Below are positions 36,502 through 46,771 of a stretch of DNA of 64,000 nucleotides, piece by piece. The translations under genes were made by a program, and so were the position numbers. The notes below the pieces were generated by a model that worked only from the letters and a program-made list of their open reading frames with translations, ran no database searches and had not been told where the DNA came from. The stretch is taken from positions 15,671 to 79,670 of the forward strand of contig JALEGK010000011.1 in NCBI GenBank assembly GCA_022763105.1, in the 5' to 3' direction. The DNA is from Rickettsiales bacterium. GTDB lineage: Bacteria > Pseudomonadota > Alphaproteobacteria > Rickettsiales > UBA3002. Each line of letters starts with the position of its first letter. Position 1 is the first letter of the stretch.

Positions 36502-38785
36502 GATTCGCGGCGCTGACCACGCCATCTTCTTCCATTTGTTCAATAATGCGAGCTGCACGGTTGTATCCAATCTTCAGTTTGCGCTGTATATAACTAGTCG
36601 ATGCTTTCTGGTCGCGCAAGACAATGGCTACCGCCTGATCATAAAGCTGCTTGTCAGCATCGCCTGTGTCATCGCCACCCATTCCTAATACGTCGAAATT
36701 CTCATCATCCTTCGTGACATCCTCGACATATTCCGGCTCGCCTTGAGTTTTCAGGAATGCGACGATCTCTTCGACTTCCTTATCGGAGATGAATGGGCCA
36801 TGCACACGTTGGATGCGCCCACCACCAGCCATATAGAGCATATCGCCTTGCCCCAATAGCTGCTCGGCGCCCTGCTCGCCTAAAATGGTGCGGCTATCGA
36901 TTTTGCTGGTCACTTGGAAACTGATGCGCGTTGGGAAGTTGGCTTTGATTACGCCGGTAATCACATCCACCGATGGGCGCTGCGTTGCCATGATAATATG
37001 GATGCCCGCAGCACGCGCCATTTGCGCAAGGCGCTGAATGCTCGCTTCAATGTCTTTACCAGCCACCAACATTAGATCAGCCATTTCATCGACGACGACG
37101 ACAATATAAGGCAGCGGATTCATATCGATAGGCTGCTTCTCCATTACCGGCTTGCCCGTTTCTGGGTCAAAGCCTGTCTGGACGGTGCGGAACAGCTCCT
37201 CGCCTTTCTTGGCGGCGTCTTTGATGCGTTTGTTGTAATTGTCGATATTACGCACACCGAGATTGGACATCAGGCGGTAGCGGTTTTCCATTTCCTTGAC
37301 CGTCCATTTTAGCGCAACGACGGCTTTGCCCGGCTCGGTCACAACCGGCGACAGCAAATGCGGAATGCCATCATAGACCGAGAGTTCCAGCATCTTCGGA
37401 TCGATCATGATGAAGCGGCATTGCTCTGGCGTGTGGTGATAGATCAGCGACATGATCATGGTGTTGATGGCAACCGACTTACCTGAACCCGTCGTACCCG
37501 CCACCAGCAAATGCGGCATGCGTGCGAGATCGGCAATGACCGAATCGCCGCCAATGTCTTTACCCAGCACCAATGGCAGCTTCTCTTTGGTGCGCTTATA
37601 TTTTTCATGCTCGAACATCTCGCGCAAGAACACCATCTCGCGGCTTGGGTTTGGCATTTCTATACCAATCGCGTTGCGTCCCGGAATGACCGCGATACGC
37701 GCAGAGACCGCACTCATCGAGCGGGCAATATCATCAGCCAAGCCAATCACGCGTGATGATTTTACGCCCGGTGCTGGCTCAAGTTCGTACAAGGTCACCA
37801 CAGGTCCTGGACGGACGCGGGTGATCTCGCCTTTGATGCCGAAATCCTGAAGCGTCGATTCGAGCAATGCAGCATTTTGCGACAAAGACGCTTCACTGAC
37901 TTTGCGCTTTTTCGATTTGGCTGGGCCTTTGGAGAGCAGTTGCACCGATGGCAAGCTGTAATGGCCGTGCTTCTCGAGCAAGTCGAAGGAAGCCTGCGCC
38001 TCTTCTTCGAATTCTTCTATCTCGTCATCATCGCCGCGTGGTGTCACATTCTTCACATGCAGCTTCGGCTTAGGCGGGGTTTTCACTTTCGCCTGACGAG
38101 GATTCTCGGTGATCTTGATATGAGAGCCTTCTTCGCTGGTACCGCGAAGCGCAACTTTGATCACATGAATGACGTGACGTGCAGCGACCATTGCAGCAAC
38201 GGCGCCTTTCGCCACCCAAGAACCAATGGTTTTCCATTCTTGGCTTCGCAGGCCAATGGCGAGCGGCACGGCCAGCAAGCTGATAGCGACCAGCAGCGCG
38301 ACTGAGCCTTCTGGCCCAATAAAGGTAGCAAGCGGCTGGCGCACGATGAGTCCGATTGAGCCGCCAAGACCGGTGACAATCGGCCATTCACTCCACGGGG
38401 TGATGGCGGCACACACGCCTGATACAGTGATGAGGCCAATGAATAGCATGATAGTGCGCATAACAATGCCGCGACTGCCGCGCTTCATCATAAAGCGCCA
38501 GCCCCACCCCATCATGGTGAGTGCGAATAGCCATGAAGCCAAGCCCGTTGTTTGCAGTAGAATATCTGAGAGATAGGCGCCAATCAGCCCGCCCCAATTC
38601 TCTATCATGCCTTCGCCGGTGATATTGAGCGATGGGTCGCCCGGATGAAAGCTGTAAAGGGATGCACCGACATAGGCAGCAACGAGCAACAGCCCGACCC
38701 CGATCAGTTCGTGCATGCGTCTTTGGATAAAACTGCGTCGCGGCGCAGCCTCCGCTTTCTGACGTTTTTTGGCTGTGCGAGCCAT
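36455..38785 (-). CDS. ftsK: DNA translocase FtsK
   Basis: N-terminal TM segments; Walker A GTTGSGKSV; VVVDEMADLM; gamma domain ASTSYIQRKLKIGYNRAARIIEQME. Confidence 0.95.
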   Translation of the reverse strand: MARTAKKRQKAEAAPRRSFIQRRMHELIGVGLLLVAAYVGASLYSFHPGDPSLNITGEGMIENWGGLIGAYLSDILLQTTGLASWLFALTMMGWGWRFMMKRGSRGIVMRTIMLFIGLITVSGVCAAITPWSEWPIVTGLGGSIGLIVRQPLATFIGPEGSVALLVAISLLAVPLAIGLRSQEWKTIGSWVAKGAVAAMVAARHVIHVIKVALRGTSEEGSHIKITENPRQAKVKTPPKPKLHVKNVTPRGDDDEIEEFEEEAQASFDLLEKHGHYSLPSVQLLSKGPAKSKKRKVSEASLSQNAALLESTLQDFGIKGEITRVRPGPVVTLYELEPAPGVKSSRVIGLADDIARSMSAVSARIAVIPGRNAIGIEMPNPSREMVFLREMFEHEKYKRTKEKLPLVLGKDIGGDSVIADLARMPHLLVAGTTGSGKSVAINTMIMSLIYHHTPEQCRFIMIDPKMLELSVYDGIPHLLSPVVTEPGKAVVALKWTVKEMENRYRLMSNLGVRNIDNYNKRIKDAAKKGEELFRTVQTGFDPETGKPVMEKQPIDMNPLPYIVVVVDEMADLMLVAGKDIEASIQRLAQMARAAGIHIIMATQRPSVDVITGVIKANFPTRISFQVTSKIDSRTILGEQGAEQLLGQGDMLYMAGGGRIQRVHGPFISDKEVEEIVAFLKTQGEPEYVEDVTKDDENFDVLGMGGDDTGDADKQLYDQAVAIVLRDQKASTSYIQRKLKIGYNRAARIIEQMEEDGVVSAANHVGKREVLHRSAMAG

Positions 38786-38926
38786 ATACGTAACCTAAAT
38801 GTTATTATTGTTTAGCGCCTTACTATAACCAAAATTGGCCGCTCATTCAAATCCGTAGCGCAAAAAACGCCACATTAGCCCGAAAATCACTGGAAAATGC
38901 GGCCTATTGGCACTATAACGCATCAA

Positions 38927-39021
38927 GTGGTTGGCGGCGGGCGATGCCCCTGTTTACCCAGGTCAGGCCCGAGAGGGAGCAGCCAAAGCGGGTGTGCGTT
39001 CGGGTCGCTCGCCAGCCACAC
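38927..39021 (+). ncRNA. ffs: signal recognition particle RNA (4.5S, small bacterial type)
   Basis: CCUGUUUACCCAGGUCAGGCCCGAGAGGGAGCAGCCAAAGCGG matches the conserved domain IV core of E. coli 4.5S (CUGUUUACCAGGUCAGGUCCGGAAGGAAGCAGCCAAGGCAG). Closing helix GUGGUUGGCG.../...CGCCAGCCAC. TATAAC -10 box at 38914-38919. Sits in the usual position upstream of dnaX. Confidence 0.8.
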
Positions 39022-39049
39022 CTTGTAAAGCTTAGCGATTGGGGGAGCT

Positions 39050-39622
39050 ATGCGTCGATGGATTAGCGGCATGCTACTCGCTATCTTTGCACTCCATAGT
39101 GCGGGCTGCGCGACGCTGATTGGTACCACCCAGCAACAAATTCAAGTTCACACCTACCCGCCGATGCCTGCACATTGTGGCTTGGCGAATTCCAAGCGTA
39201 GCTGGCGTATTGCCAATGACATTCCATTAAAGGTCGAGCGTGACTCCAGTGATTTGCAGATTACTTGCGTGAATCAGAGTTATGCCGGTCAGGCCGTAGG
39301 TGATTACACCGTGCAGCCTTGGACATTTTTGAATCTTATTACTGGCCTGCTTGGGCTGGTTGGATTTGGCGTTGATGCGGCAACGGGCGCAATGTTCTCT
39401 TATGACAACCATATCACGGTCCCTATGCAGCCGCGCCAAAGCATGGCTCCTAGCGCTGTTCAGCCGCGTTTAGCACCGCAGCCACAAGGGCAAATGCCGC
39501 ACGCTGGCACCATGCCTCATAACGCGCCTCATGCCGTGCCACATACCACGCCCAGCACCACGCCCGACTATTCGCAACGCTATCAGGCTCAGCCGCGCCT
39601 AAATTTGTTACACTCACCCTAG
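39050..39622 (+). CDS. lipoprotein with Pro/Gln/His-rich C-terminal tail (ORFan)
   Basis: MRRWISGMLLAIFALHSAGC lipobox. The C-terminal third is low complexity (PQPQGQMPHAGTMPHNAPHAVPHTTP). Confidence 0.6.
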   Translation: MRRWISGMLLAIFALHSAGCATLIGTTQQQIQVHTYPPMPAHCGLANSKRSWRIANDIPLKVERDSSDLQITCVNQSYAGQAVGDYTVQPWTFLNLITGLLGLVGFGVDAATGAMFSYDNHITVPMQPRQSMAPSAVQPRLAPQPQGQMPHAGTMPHNAPHAVPHTTPSTTPDYSQRYQAQPRLNLLHSP

Positions 39623-39665
39623 CGATAAGGCTTTACAGCAGCGAAAAACCGACTAGTTTTAACGC

Positions 39666-41441
39666 ATGTCTGATTCTGCCTATCGCGTGCTCGCACGTAA
39701 ATATCGCCCACAGCGCTTTGATGATCTGATTGGTCAGGAAGTGTTGGTGCGCACCCTTACCAATGCGTTTGCATCGGGCCGGATTGCGCATGCGTTTTTG
39801 CTGACTGGTATCCGCGGGATTGGTAAGACAACCACGGCACGTATTATCGCACGTGGCCTGAATTGTATCGGCCCCGATGGCATGGGCGGTGCGACCACCG
39901 ATCCGTGCGGGGAATGCCCGAACTGCCAAATGATTCTCGATGACCGCCATGTCGATGTGATCGAGATGGATGCCGCTTCGCGCACGGGTATTGATGATAT
40001 CCGCGATATTATCGAGACAGTGCATTACGCCCCGACCTCGGCGCGCTACAAAATCTACATCATCGATGAAGTGCACATGCTGTCGAAGAACGCGTTCAAC
40101 GCGTTGCTGAAAACGCTGGAAGAACCGCCAGCCCATGTGAAGTTTATTTTTGCAACCACTGAGCTGCGCAAAATTCCGATTACCATTGTCTCGCGTTGTC
40201 AGCGTTTTGATTTACGCCGACTCGATGTTGAAATGCTGGCCAATCACCTTGGCAATATCTGCGCGCAAGAATCGGTGGATGTGGAAGCCGATGCACTTCA
40301 GCTAGTTGCCACTGCGGCAGAAGGCTCGGTGCGTGATGCGCTGTCGCTTCTCGATCAGGCGATTGCGATGGGCACCGATGCAGGCGGCTCAGTCAAAGTA
40401 GGCGAAGAGATGATTCGCGACATGCTGGGCATGGCGGATAAATCTCGATCCTTCGCGTTGCTAGAGCATATCTTTAAAGGGCAAGCACAAGAAGCCATCA
40501 CCATTTTGCGTGATGCGTATGATCGCGGTAGCGACCCGCTGCTGATGCTTCAGGACTTGCTGGAAATCACTCACTATTTAACACGCATTCGTCTGGCACC
40601 TGATTTGGCCGACAATGTGAAATACTCTGATATTGAGCAGCAAAAAGCCAAGACCATGGTCGAGCAATTGGGCATGGCTGCCTTAACACGCGGCTGGCAG
40701 ATGCTGCTGAAGGGCATAGAGGAAGTGAAGCAAGCACCGCAGCCATTAGCCGCAGCGGAGATGATTGTCGTGCGCCTCACCCATGGCGCGAATTTACCTT
40801 CGCCTGAAGAGATCATTCAGCAGATTCAATCGGGGCAAATTACTGCACCGAGTGGCGCTAGTGGCAATGGTGGTGCGCCTGCATCGTCAGGTGGTGGTAG
40901 TAGCGCATCGGTAACGTCCGCTGTCAGTCAAAGCGCTGTTGGTAGTGCTCCGATGAGCGGCGCAACCAATCATGCAACAACTGGTAATCTGGCACTCGCC
41001 ACTCAAGCCGAAGTGATGCCGCTTGAGACACCACAAGCGCAAGAAGAGCCCCAAGAAGCGCTAGTCCTTGAGACCATGCAAGATGTACTCAAAGCCTTTG
41101 CGGATGAGCCATTGCTCTACAGCCATCTGTTTAATGATGTCCGCCCTGTGAGCCTGAAGCCCGGCCATTTAGCTATTCGCCCAACCGGTCATTTATCGGC
41201 TGATTTTGCTGCACGCATTAAGCGCGTACTGTCAGAGAAAACCGGACGCGATTGGGTTGTGGCCTTCTCGGAAGAAGAAGGTGAGCCAAGCTTGCGCGAG
41301 CAAGAGATGATCGAGCAAAAGCAACGCGAGGCGTATGTGAGTGCGCACCCAAGCGTGCAGAAAGTGATGACACTCTTCCCCGGTGCGGAAGTGGTAAAAG
41401 TAGAAGCGATAAAAGAAGATGATGAAGGAGACGCGTCATGA
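39666..41441 (+). CDS. dnaX: DNA polymerase III subunit gamma/tau
   Basis: GIRGIGKTTTARI Walker A; zinc module CGECPNC; IIDEVHML. Confidence 0.95.
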   Translation: MSDSAYRVLARKYRPQRFDDLIGQEVLVRTLTNAFASGRIAHAFLLTGIRGIGKTTTARIIARGLNCIGPDGMGGATTDPCGECPNCQMILDDRHVDVIEMDAASRTGIDDIRDIIETVHYAPTSARYKIYIIDEVHMLSKNAFNALLKTLEEPPAHVKFIFATTELRKIPITIVSRCQRFDLRRLDVEMLANHLGNICAQESVDVEADALQLVATAAEGSVRDALSLLDQAIAMGTDAGGSVKVGEEMIRDMLGMADKSRSFALLEHIFKGQAQEAITILRDAYDRGSDPLLMLQDLLEITHYLTRIRLAPDLADNVKYSDIEQQKAKTMVEQLGMAALTRGWQMLLKGIEEVKQAPQPLAAAEMIVVRLTHGANLPSPEEIIQQIQSGQITAPSGASGNGGAPASSGGGSSASVTSAVSQSAVGSAPMSGATNHATTGNLALATQAEVMPLETPQAQEEPQEALVLETMQDVLKAFADEPLLYSHLFNDVRPVSLKPGHLAIRPTGHLSADFAARIKRVLSEKTGRDWVVAFSEEEGEPSLREQEMIEQKQREAYVSAHPSVQKVMTLFPGAEVVKVEAIKEDDEGDAS

Positions 41442-41758
41442 ACATCCAAAAGATGATGAAACAGGCCCAGCAGATGCAGGCCAAAATGCAAGAAATGCAA
41501 GAAGAGATGGAGTCGAAGGAATTTGAAGGCTCCGCTGGCGGTGACATGGTGAAAGTCACACTCACCGGCAAGGGTGCGCTGAACGGTTTGGCAATTGACC
41601 CGTCGCTGATTGATCCGGAAGACCCAGACATGCTGATCGATCTGATTATTGCGGCACATGCAGATGCAAAGAAAAAAGCCGATGAAGGCATGGCGGATGC
41701 GATGAGCGATCTAACCGGCGGCATTCAACTTCCACCAGGCATGAAGATGCCGTTTTAA
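41438..41758 (+). CDS. ybaB: YbaB/EbfC nucleoid-associated protein
   Basis: MNIQKMMKQAQQMQAKMQEMQEEM...VKVTLTGKG. ATGA overlap with dnaX. Confidence 0.95.
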   Translation: MNIQKMMKQAQQMQAKMQEMQEEMESKEFEGSAGGDMVKVTLTGKGALNGLAIDPSLIDPEDPDMLIDLIIAAHADAKKKADEGMADAMSDLTGGIQLPPGMKMPF

Positions 41759-41770
41759 TGGCGCGGCGTT

Positions 41771-42283
41771 ATGCCATCGATTCGCGCTGCCACCCCTGAT
41801 GATATCCCCGCACTGAGTCACTTTGCGGCGGAAATGTTCGAGCATACCTTTGGTGAGCTATACTCAACGCATGATTTGCATGCGCATTTGAATAATCATT
41901 ATCAGCCAGAACATTTCGCCAAACTGCTCGATGATGAGACGGTGCATTTCTCGGTCATCTCGGAAGATGGCAACATGCTCGCCTTCGCACAATATGGCGG
42001 GCTACGTTCTCCGGTAGAAAACCCTAAGCAGCCTTGTGCGGAATTACATCGTCTCTATGTGCATCCCGATTGTAAGGGGCGCGGCATGGGCAAGGCACTG
42101 ATGGCAACGGTTGAAGATTTCTTCAAGCCGGATATTCGCTATTTGTATCTCGGCGTGTATTCCGAGAATTACTCCGCGCAGGAATTTTACAAACGCTTTG
42201 ATTTTGAAAAAGTCGCCGAGGCGATCTATCCGGTCGGCAACCATAAAGACCGCGAATTTATTATGCTGAAGGAATTGGTCTAA
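41771..42283 (+). CDS. GNAT family N-acetyltransferase
   Basis: [20 protein letters not shown] acetyl-CoA binding motif (Q/RxxGxG/A). Confidence 0.85.
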   Translation: MPSIRAATPDDIPALSHFAAEMFEHTFGELYSTHDLHAHLNNHYQPEHFAKLLDDETVHFSVISEDGNMLAFAQYGGLRSPVENPKQPCAELHRLYVHPDCKGRGMGKALMATVEDFFKPDIRYLYLGVYSENYSAQEFYKRFDFEKVAEAIYPVGNHKDREFIMLKELV

Positions 42284-42876
42284 TGGCGGGCGCATCGATT
42301 GAACGGCTGATTCAGCAATTCTCCAAACTTCCGGGCATTGGTCCGCGCTCGGCGCGTCGCATTGTATTGCAGCTCATACGCAAAAAAGAGCCGCTGATGC
42401 AGCCACTCATTCATGCACTACAAGACACGCTGGAGGCGATTGTGACCTGCACGGTTTGCGGCAATCTCGACACGTCTGACCCCTGCCCGCTTTGCACCGA
42501 CCCTAAGCGTGATGATGCAGTGATTTGCGTGGTCGAGGAGTTATCGGATTTATGGGCGATTGAGCGCAGCCATATGTATAATGGCCGCTATCATATTTTG
42601 GGTGGCACGCTTTCTGCCATTGATGGTCGCGGACCGGATGCGCTGAATATCGCGTCGCTGATTACCCGCGCCTCAACCGATGCCGTGAAAGAAATTATTT
42701 TGGCGACCAATGCTACTGTCGATGGGCAGACCACCGCGCATTACATTACCGAGAAACTATCCGATGCAAATGTTGAGATTTCGCAGTTAGCGCAAGGCAT
42801 TCCGATGGGTGGCGAGCTGGATTATCTGGATGAAGGCACGCTGGGAGCGGCGCTGCATGCGCGTCACAAGCTCTAG
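42283..42876 (+). CDS. recR: recombination protein RecR
   Basis: HhH N-terminus ([11 protein letters not shown]), Cys4 zinc finger [16 protein letters not shown], and a Toprim domain. Confidence 0.95.
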   Translation: MAGASIERLIQQFSKLPGIGPRSARRIVLQLIRKKEPLMQPLIHALQDTLEAIVTCTVCGNLDTSDPCPLCTDPKRDDAVICVVEELSDLWAIERSHMYNGRYHILGGTLSAIDGRGPDALNIASLITRASTDAVKEIILATNATVDGQTTAHYITEKLSDANVEISQLAQGIPMGGELDYLDEGTLGAALHARHKL

Positions 42877-42932
42877 CCGATAATCGCACAAACCTTCATA
42901 AAACTGACATATCAACATGTTATGCTTAAAGC

Positions 42933-43106
42933 ATGACTCAGGAATTAGAACAGGCTGGACATGGTGGCGATTGTGCGTGCAATGCGTGCAACAAGACCGG
43001 TGACGAATTAGACCTTAACGGACCAACCAGTGCTGTGTTCACTTCAGATTTAAAAGCCATGCCTATGCAAGAAGAGGCAACGCTCGACAAAGCGCCCGTT
43101 CGCTAA
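42933..43106 (+). CDS. possible small Cys-containing ORF (57 aa), speculative
   Basis: ATG at 42933 and TAA at 43104-43106. MTQELEQAGHGGDCACNACNKTGDELDL... No clear SD. Below the ORF-track length cutoff. Confidence 0.2.
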   Translation: MTQELEQAGHGGDCACNACNKTGDELDLNGPTSAVFTSDLKAMPMQEEATLDKAPVR

Positions 43107-43115
43107 GCTTTCACA

Positions 43116-43430
43116 CTAAACCAGTAACTGGCTAACCAGCTTTTCCACCTCTGCATCAATGGTGGCACCGGCTGCTAACATCAGACGAATATTCACATCC
43201 CCCGCGATCATAACATTGCGCTTGGTTTTATCATCTGCCAGCGGCACAGAGCTGAATGGAATGTCGGCTTCGCGCAGCTCGTAATAGAGCGCATCTTCAT
43301 TGAGGTGCTCGGCTGAAAAGGTGGTGCGGATGGCCGTTGGCATACCGAAAATGGTACCGCCCACCGATCGCCACGGCAGGGTGGCTGATAGGGGTAAATC
43401 GAGGGTTTGTTCAACTAATGGCTGGGTCAT
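43116..43430 (-). CDS. hypothetical protein co-transcribed with rmuC
   Basis: 104 aa from the ATG at 43430, 1 nt after the rmuC stop. No recognised domain. Confidence 0.5.
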   Translation of the reverse strand: MTQPLVEQTLDLPLSATLPWRSVGGTIFGMPTAIRTTFSAEHLNEDALYYELREADIPFSSVPLADDKTKRNVMIAGDVNIRLMLAAGATIDAEVEKLVSQLLV

Positions 43431-43431
43431 A

Positions 43432-44820
43432 TTAAGCACTCCGCTTTTCTTCGATGGCGAGGGTGCCATCGCTTTCTTCATTTGTATCATTTTCTGCGTC
43501 AATCGTCACCACCTCATCTGAGCGACGGACCTCGTATGAGGCAATCGCATGGGGCAGCGATTTGTTCTTCGCTGGCTGCACGCCAAGCGATTCGAGCTGA
43601 CGCAATTTTGGTAGCAGGCGCGCATTGAGCGAGCGGGCAAAGGCATCGAGTTTATCGGCCGATGTTTTCACCCCGCGACCAATGCCGTCCACATGGGTGA
43701 GTGCGGTGGCGAAGCTATCCATCACCTCGCGCACCAGCGCAATAATGGTTTGCTGGTTGGCGTCTTGTTTGGCTGCGGCAATTTGCTGACGCGCGAGCGA
43801 GAGCAATCCGGCCAGTGCGGCTGGGCCAGCAAGAATAATATCGGCGCGCTCCGCTTTTGCGGATAGGCCATGATCTGCCGCGCGGATTTTCTCTAGCATC
43901 GCATCGGATGGCAGATACATGACGTTTAACATGCGGCCCATCGTGCGGCCTTGGGCTTGCAATGTTTTCGCCACCGCCTCGGCATATTGTTTGCGCGCGA
44001 GTGCATCAAGGTGCGTATGGGTGGTTTGCAGCAATTGCTTCATCACACGTGGCTCATCTTCGGTGCCTTCTGCCTCTGCTAAATCGAGCAGAAACTTCGA
44101 TGCTTTTGAATCGATCACCATGACCAAATCTTGCGGCAGATAAGTGACGACATCGGGGCGCATATTTTGCGACTCGCCTGCGACATGGAATTGCTGGATG
44201 AAATCTCGTCCTTCTTGAAGCCCCAGATCGTTCAGCGAATTAGCCAAGCCAATCTCTGCCATTTTACCGGCACCGGACGGGTTGGTGAGTGCGCGCATGA
44301 CGGTTTCGACCTGCTGTGCGGTTTGCGATTCGCGTTGCTGAATTTTGGCAACCGCTTGGGTCAGCTCATGCCAGTGTTTCATTAGCTCGTCTTTGTTTTT
44401 CTTCTCGCGCGCTTCGGAATCTTTCTTCGCCTGCTCGGATTCGCGCTTATGATCTTCCAGCAGTTTCGATGACATTTTACTGCCCGCTTCTAAAATACTC
44501 GCCTTGGATGCTTTGAGCATTTCCTCGCGGTTAGCTTCCCAGTCGCGCATGCGCTGATTGGCAGCGGCGACTTTTTCACCTGCGACGCTGACTTGCTTTT
44601 CGGCTTCAATGCGGGCATCGATGGCTTCTTGTAACTCGGCTTTTAGGCTTTCAATCTGTTCCTGATAGGACTCGACTGAGGCCAGCTCGACCTCTAGCTG
44701 GTGGGCGCGACGGCGCGCAACGGCTGCCGCTCGCCAGTTAAAATAGGCGATCACCATGAAAATGAGCGCTGCCGCAGAGCTAAGGATAAATAGTAAATCG
44801 CTGTTTTGTTGAAGAAGCAT
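43432..44820 (-). CDS. rmuC: DNA recombination protein RmuC
   Basis: N-terminal TM, a long coiled coil, and a C-terminal RmuC nuclease-like region (VVTYLPQDLVMVIDSKAS...NVMYLPSDA). Confidence 0.9.
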   Translation of the reverse strand: MLLQQNSDLLFILSSAAALIFMVIAYFNWRAAAVARRRAHQLEVELASVESYQEQIESLKAELQEAIDARIEAEKQVSVAGEKVAAANQRMRDWEANREEMLKASKASILEAGSKMSSKLLEDHKRESEQAKKDSEAREKKNKDELMKHWHELTQAVAKIQQRESQTAQQVETVMRALTNPSGAGKMAEIGLANSLNDLGLQEGRDFIQQFHVAGESQNMRPDVVTYLPQDLVMVIDSKASKFLLDLAEAEGTEDEPRVMKQLLQTTHTHLDALARKQYAEAVAKTLQAQGRTMGRMLNVMYLPSDAMLEKIRAADHGLSAKAERADIILAGPAALAGLLSLARQQIAAAKQDANQQTIIALVREVMDSFATALTHVDGIGRGVKTSADKLDAFARSLNARLLPKLRQLESLGVQPAKNKSLPHAIASYEVRRSDEVVTIDAENDTNEESDGTLAIEEKRSA

Positions 44821-44864
44821 CTATGCTACCACCTATTTTGTAAGACCTAAGACAGGATAGCCTG

Positions 44865-46259
44865 ATGAGTGATTCGAGCACAAGTAAAAGCCCACAAACG
44901 CACACAGCTTCGCACAGCACTGCCGCGATTATTTTAGCCGCCGGTAAAGGCACGCGCATGAAGTCGGATTTGCCAAAGGTGCTGCATCCGTTAGCGAATA
45001 CGCCAATGGTCGCGCATGTGATGTCTGCTGCGAAAAAAGCCGGATGCCATCCGGTGGTGGTGGTCACCTCTCCGGGGCAAGATGATGTGCGCGCGGTGAT
45101 TACCCAAACGGATAAGACCGCTTTGCACGCCACGCAGACCGAACAGTTAGGCACGGGCCATGCGGTGCAATCCGCGCATGAGGTCTTGGCCGGACATCAG
45201 GGCCATGTGCTGGTGCTATTTGGTGATAGCCCGCTGATGCTTCCTGAGACGTTTGAACGCATGCAGCGCGTGCTCGCATCGGATGCCAATGTTGGTGTGG
45301 TGGTGCTTGGTTTCTCAGCTAACCCTACCCCGCCATATGGCCGCCTGATTACCAATGATGCAGGTGATTTAGAACGCATCGTTGAAGCCAAAGACGCAAC
45401 AGCCGAAGAGCTTGCGATTGAGCGCGTGAATTCGGGCGTGATGGCGATTCGTGGCACGATTGTGTGGGAGCTTTTGGGTGATTTAAGCAATGATAATGCG
45501 CAAGGCGAATATTACCTTACCGATGTGATCGCGGGTGCGCGTGATCAGGGCTATGTCTGCAAGATTGTCGATGGTTCTGCCGATGAGGTTATGGGCGTCA
45601 ATTCACGCAATGATTTAGCGGCGGCGGAAGCCATTATGCAATCGCGCCTGCGCGCGAAAGTCATGGAAGATGGCGTAACATTGCAAGACCCTGAGAGTGT
45701 TTATTTAAGCGCTGATACGGAATTGGGGCGCGATGTGGTGGTGCAGCCCAATGTCTATTTCGGCCCGAATGTGGTGGTCGGAGACAAGGTTGAGATTCGT
45801 GCCTTCTCGCATTTAGAAGGAACCGTCATTGGACACAGCGCTATGGTCGGACCGTTTGCTCGATTACGACCGGGTACGAATATTGGCGAGGATTGCCGCA
45901 TTGGTAATTTCGTTGAGATTAAAAAAGCCAATGTTGAATCGGGCGCGAAGATTTCGCATCTATCATATATTGGTGATGCGCATGTTGGCGCAGATGCCAA
46001 TATTGGTGCAGGCACCATCACCTGTAACTATGATGGCTTCAGGAAGTATCACACCGAGATTGGGCGCGATAGTTTCATTGGGTCAAACACCGCGCTCGTT
46101 GCCCCTGTGGTGATTGGTAAAGGTGCGATTGTTGCGGCTGGTTCTGTCGTCACAGAAGATGTGCAAGGCGATGCGCTTGCCGTGGCACGTTCTCGTCAAT
46201 CTCAGAAAACCGATTGGGCGCGCGACTTCCGCACCAAAATGGAAGACGAAGCAAGCTAG
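44865..46259 (+). CDS. glmU: bifunctional UDP-N-acetylglucosamine pyrophosphorylase / glucosamine-1-phosphate N-acetyltransferase
   Basis: AIILAAGKGTRMKSDLPKVLH followed by C-terminal left-handed beta-helix hexapeptide repeats. Confidence 0.95.
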   Translation: MSDSSTSKSPQTHTASHSTAAIILAAGKGTRMKSDLPKVLHPLANTPMVAHVMSAAKKAGCHPVVVVTSPGQDDVRAVITQTDKTALHATQTEQLGTGHAVQSAHEVLAGHQGHVLVLFGDSPLMLPETFERMQRVLASDANVGVVVLGFSANPTPPYGRLITNDAGDLERIVEAKDATAEELAIERVNSGVMAIRGTIVWELLGDLSNDNAQGEYYLTDVIAGARDQGYVCKIVDGSADEVMGVNSRNDLAAAEAIMQSRLRAKVMEDGVTLQDPESVYLSADTELGRDVVVQPNVYFGPNVVVGDKVEIRAFSHLEGTVIGHSAMVGPFARLRPGTNIGEDCRIGNFVEIKKANVESGAKISHLSYIGDAHVGADANIGAGTITCNYDGFRKYHTEIGRDSFIGSNTALVAPVVIGKGAIVAAGSVVTEDVQGDALAVARSRQSQKTDWARDFRTKMEDEAS

Positions 46260-46270
46260 TCTCTCTAGTA

Positions 46271-46759
46271 TTACAAAATACGATCGCGCAGCATTTGAAT
46301 GGCAGCCTCAACAGCTTGCGCGCGTACCATGTGACGGTCACCTTTAAAATGGAAATGCTTGGCGATGGTATCATAGCCTTCGAATTTGGTCGCCATATGA
46401 ACAAGCCCAACAGGCTTGTGCTCGGTTCCACCACCCGGCCCCGCAATGCCCGTTACCGAAACTGACAACGTAGCAGGTGCACGCTCTAATGCATTCTCGG
46501 CCATCATGCAGGCCACCGATTCACTGACCGCACCATGCTGCTCAATGATCTCCGGCGGGACTCCCATGATACGCGTTTTCGATTCGTTAGAATAGGTAAT
46601 GGCACCGCAGCATAGCACGTCAGATGCGCCGGGAATTTCGGTGAGTGTAGCAGCGATTAAACCGCCCGTGCATGACTCGACGGTGCAGATTTTTACATCG
46701 CGGTTACGTGCCTCATTGATGAGTGACGTTGCGCTATCATGAAGGTGTTGCAAGTCCAT
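46271..46759 (-). CDS. CinA C-terminal domain / nicotinamide-nucleotide amidohydrolase PncC-like
   Basis: TVESCTGGLIAATLT...SVSVTGIAGPGGG. Confidence 0.9.
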   Translation of the reverse strand: MDLQHLHDSATSLINEARNRDVKICTVESCTGGLIAATLTEIPGASDVLCCGAITYSNESKTRIMGVPPEIIEQHGAVSESVACMMAENALERAPATLSVSVTGIAGPGGGTEHKPVGLVHMATKFEGYDTIAKHFHFKGDRHMVRAQAVEAAIQMLRDRIL

Positions 46760-46771
46760 ACCCTAGGCCCC

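Noticed and set aside
36455-38785. Numerous 60-170-aa ORFs nested in or antisense to ftsK, ilvD, trkH, the MCPs, ccsA, ntrC/Y/X and other genes
   Set aside because: They lie entirely inside long genes with strong family motifs, have no recognisable motifs or RBS, and show the composition typical of shadow frames.
38923-39129. 68-aa minus-strand ORF from the track
   Set aside because: It overlaps the SRP RNA gene and the start of the lipoprotein gene, and has no SD. The sequence is better explained as ffs.
39666-41441. Programmed -1 frameshift site in dnaX (gamma subunit production)
   Set aside because: I saw no A-AAA-AAG-type slippery heptamer in frame. The only A-run (CAA AAA GCC at about 40637) does not fit.
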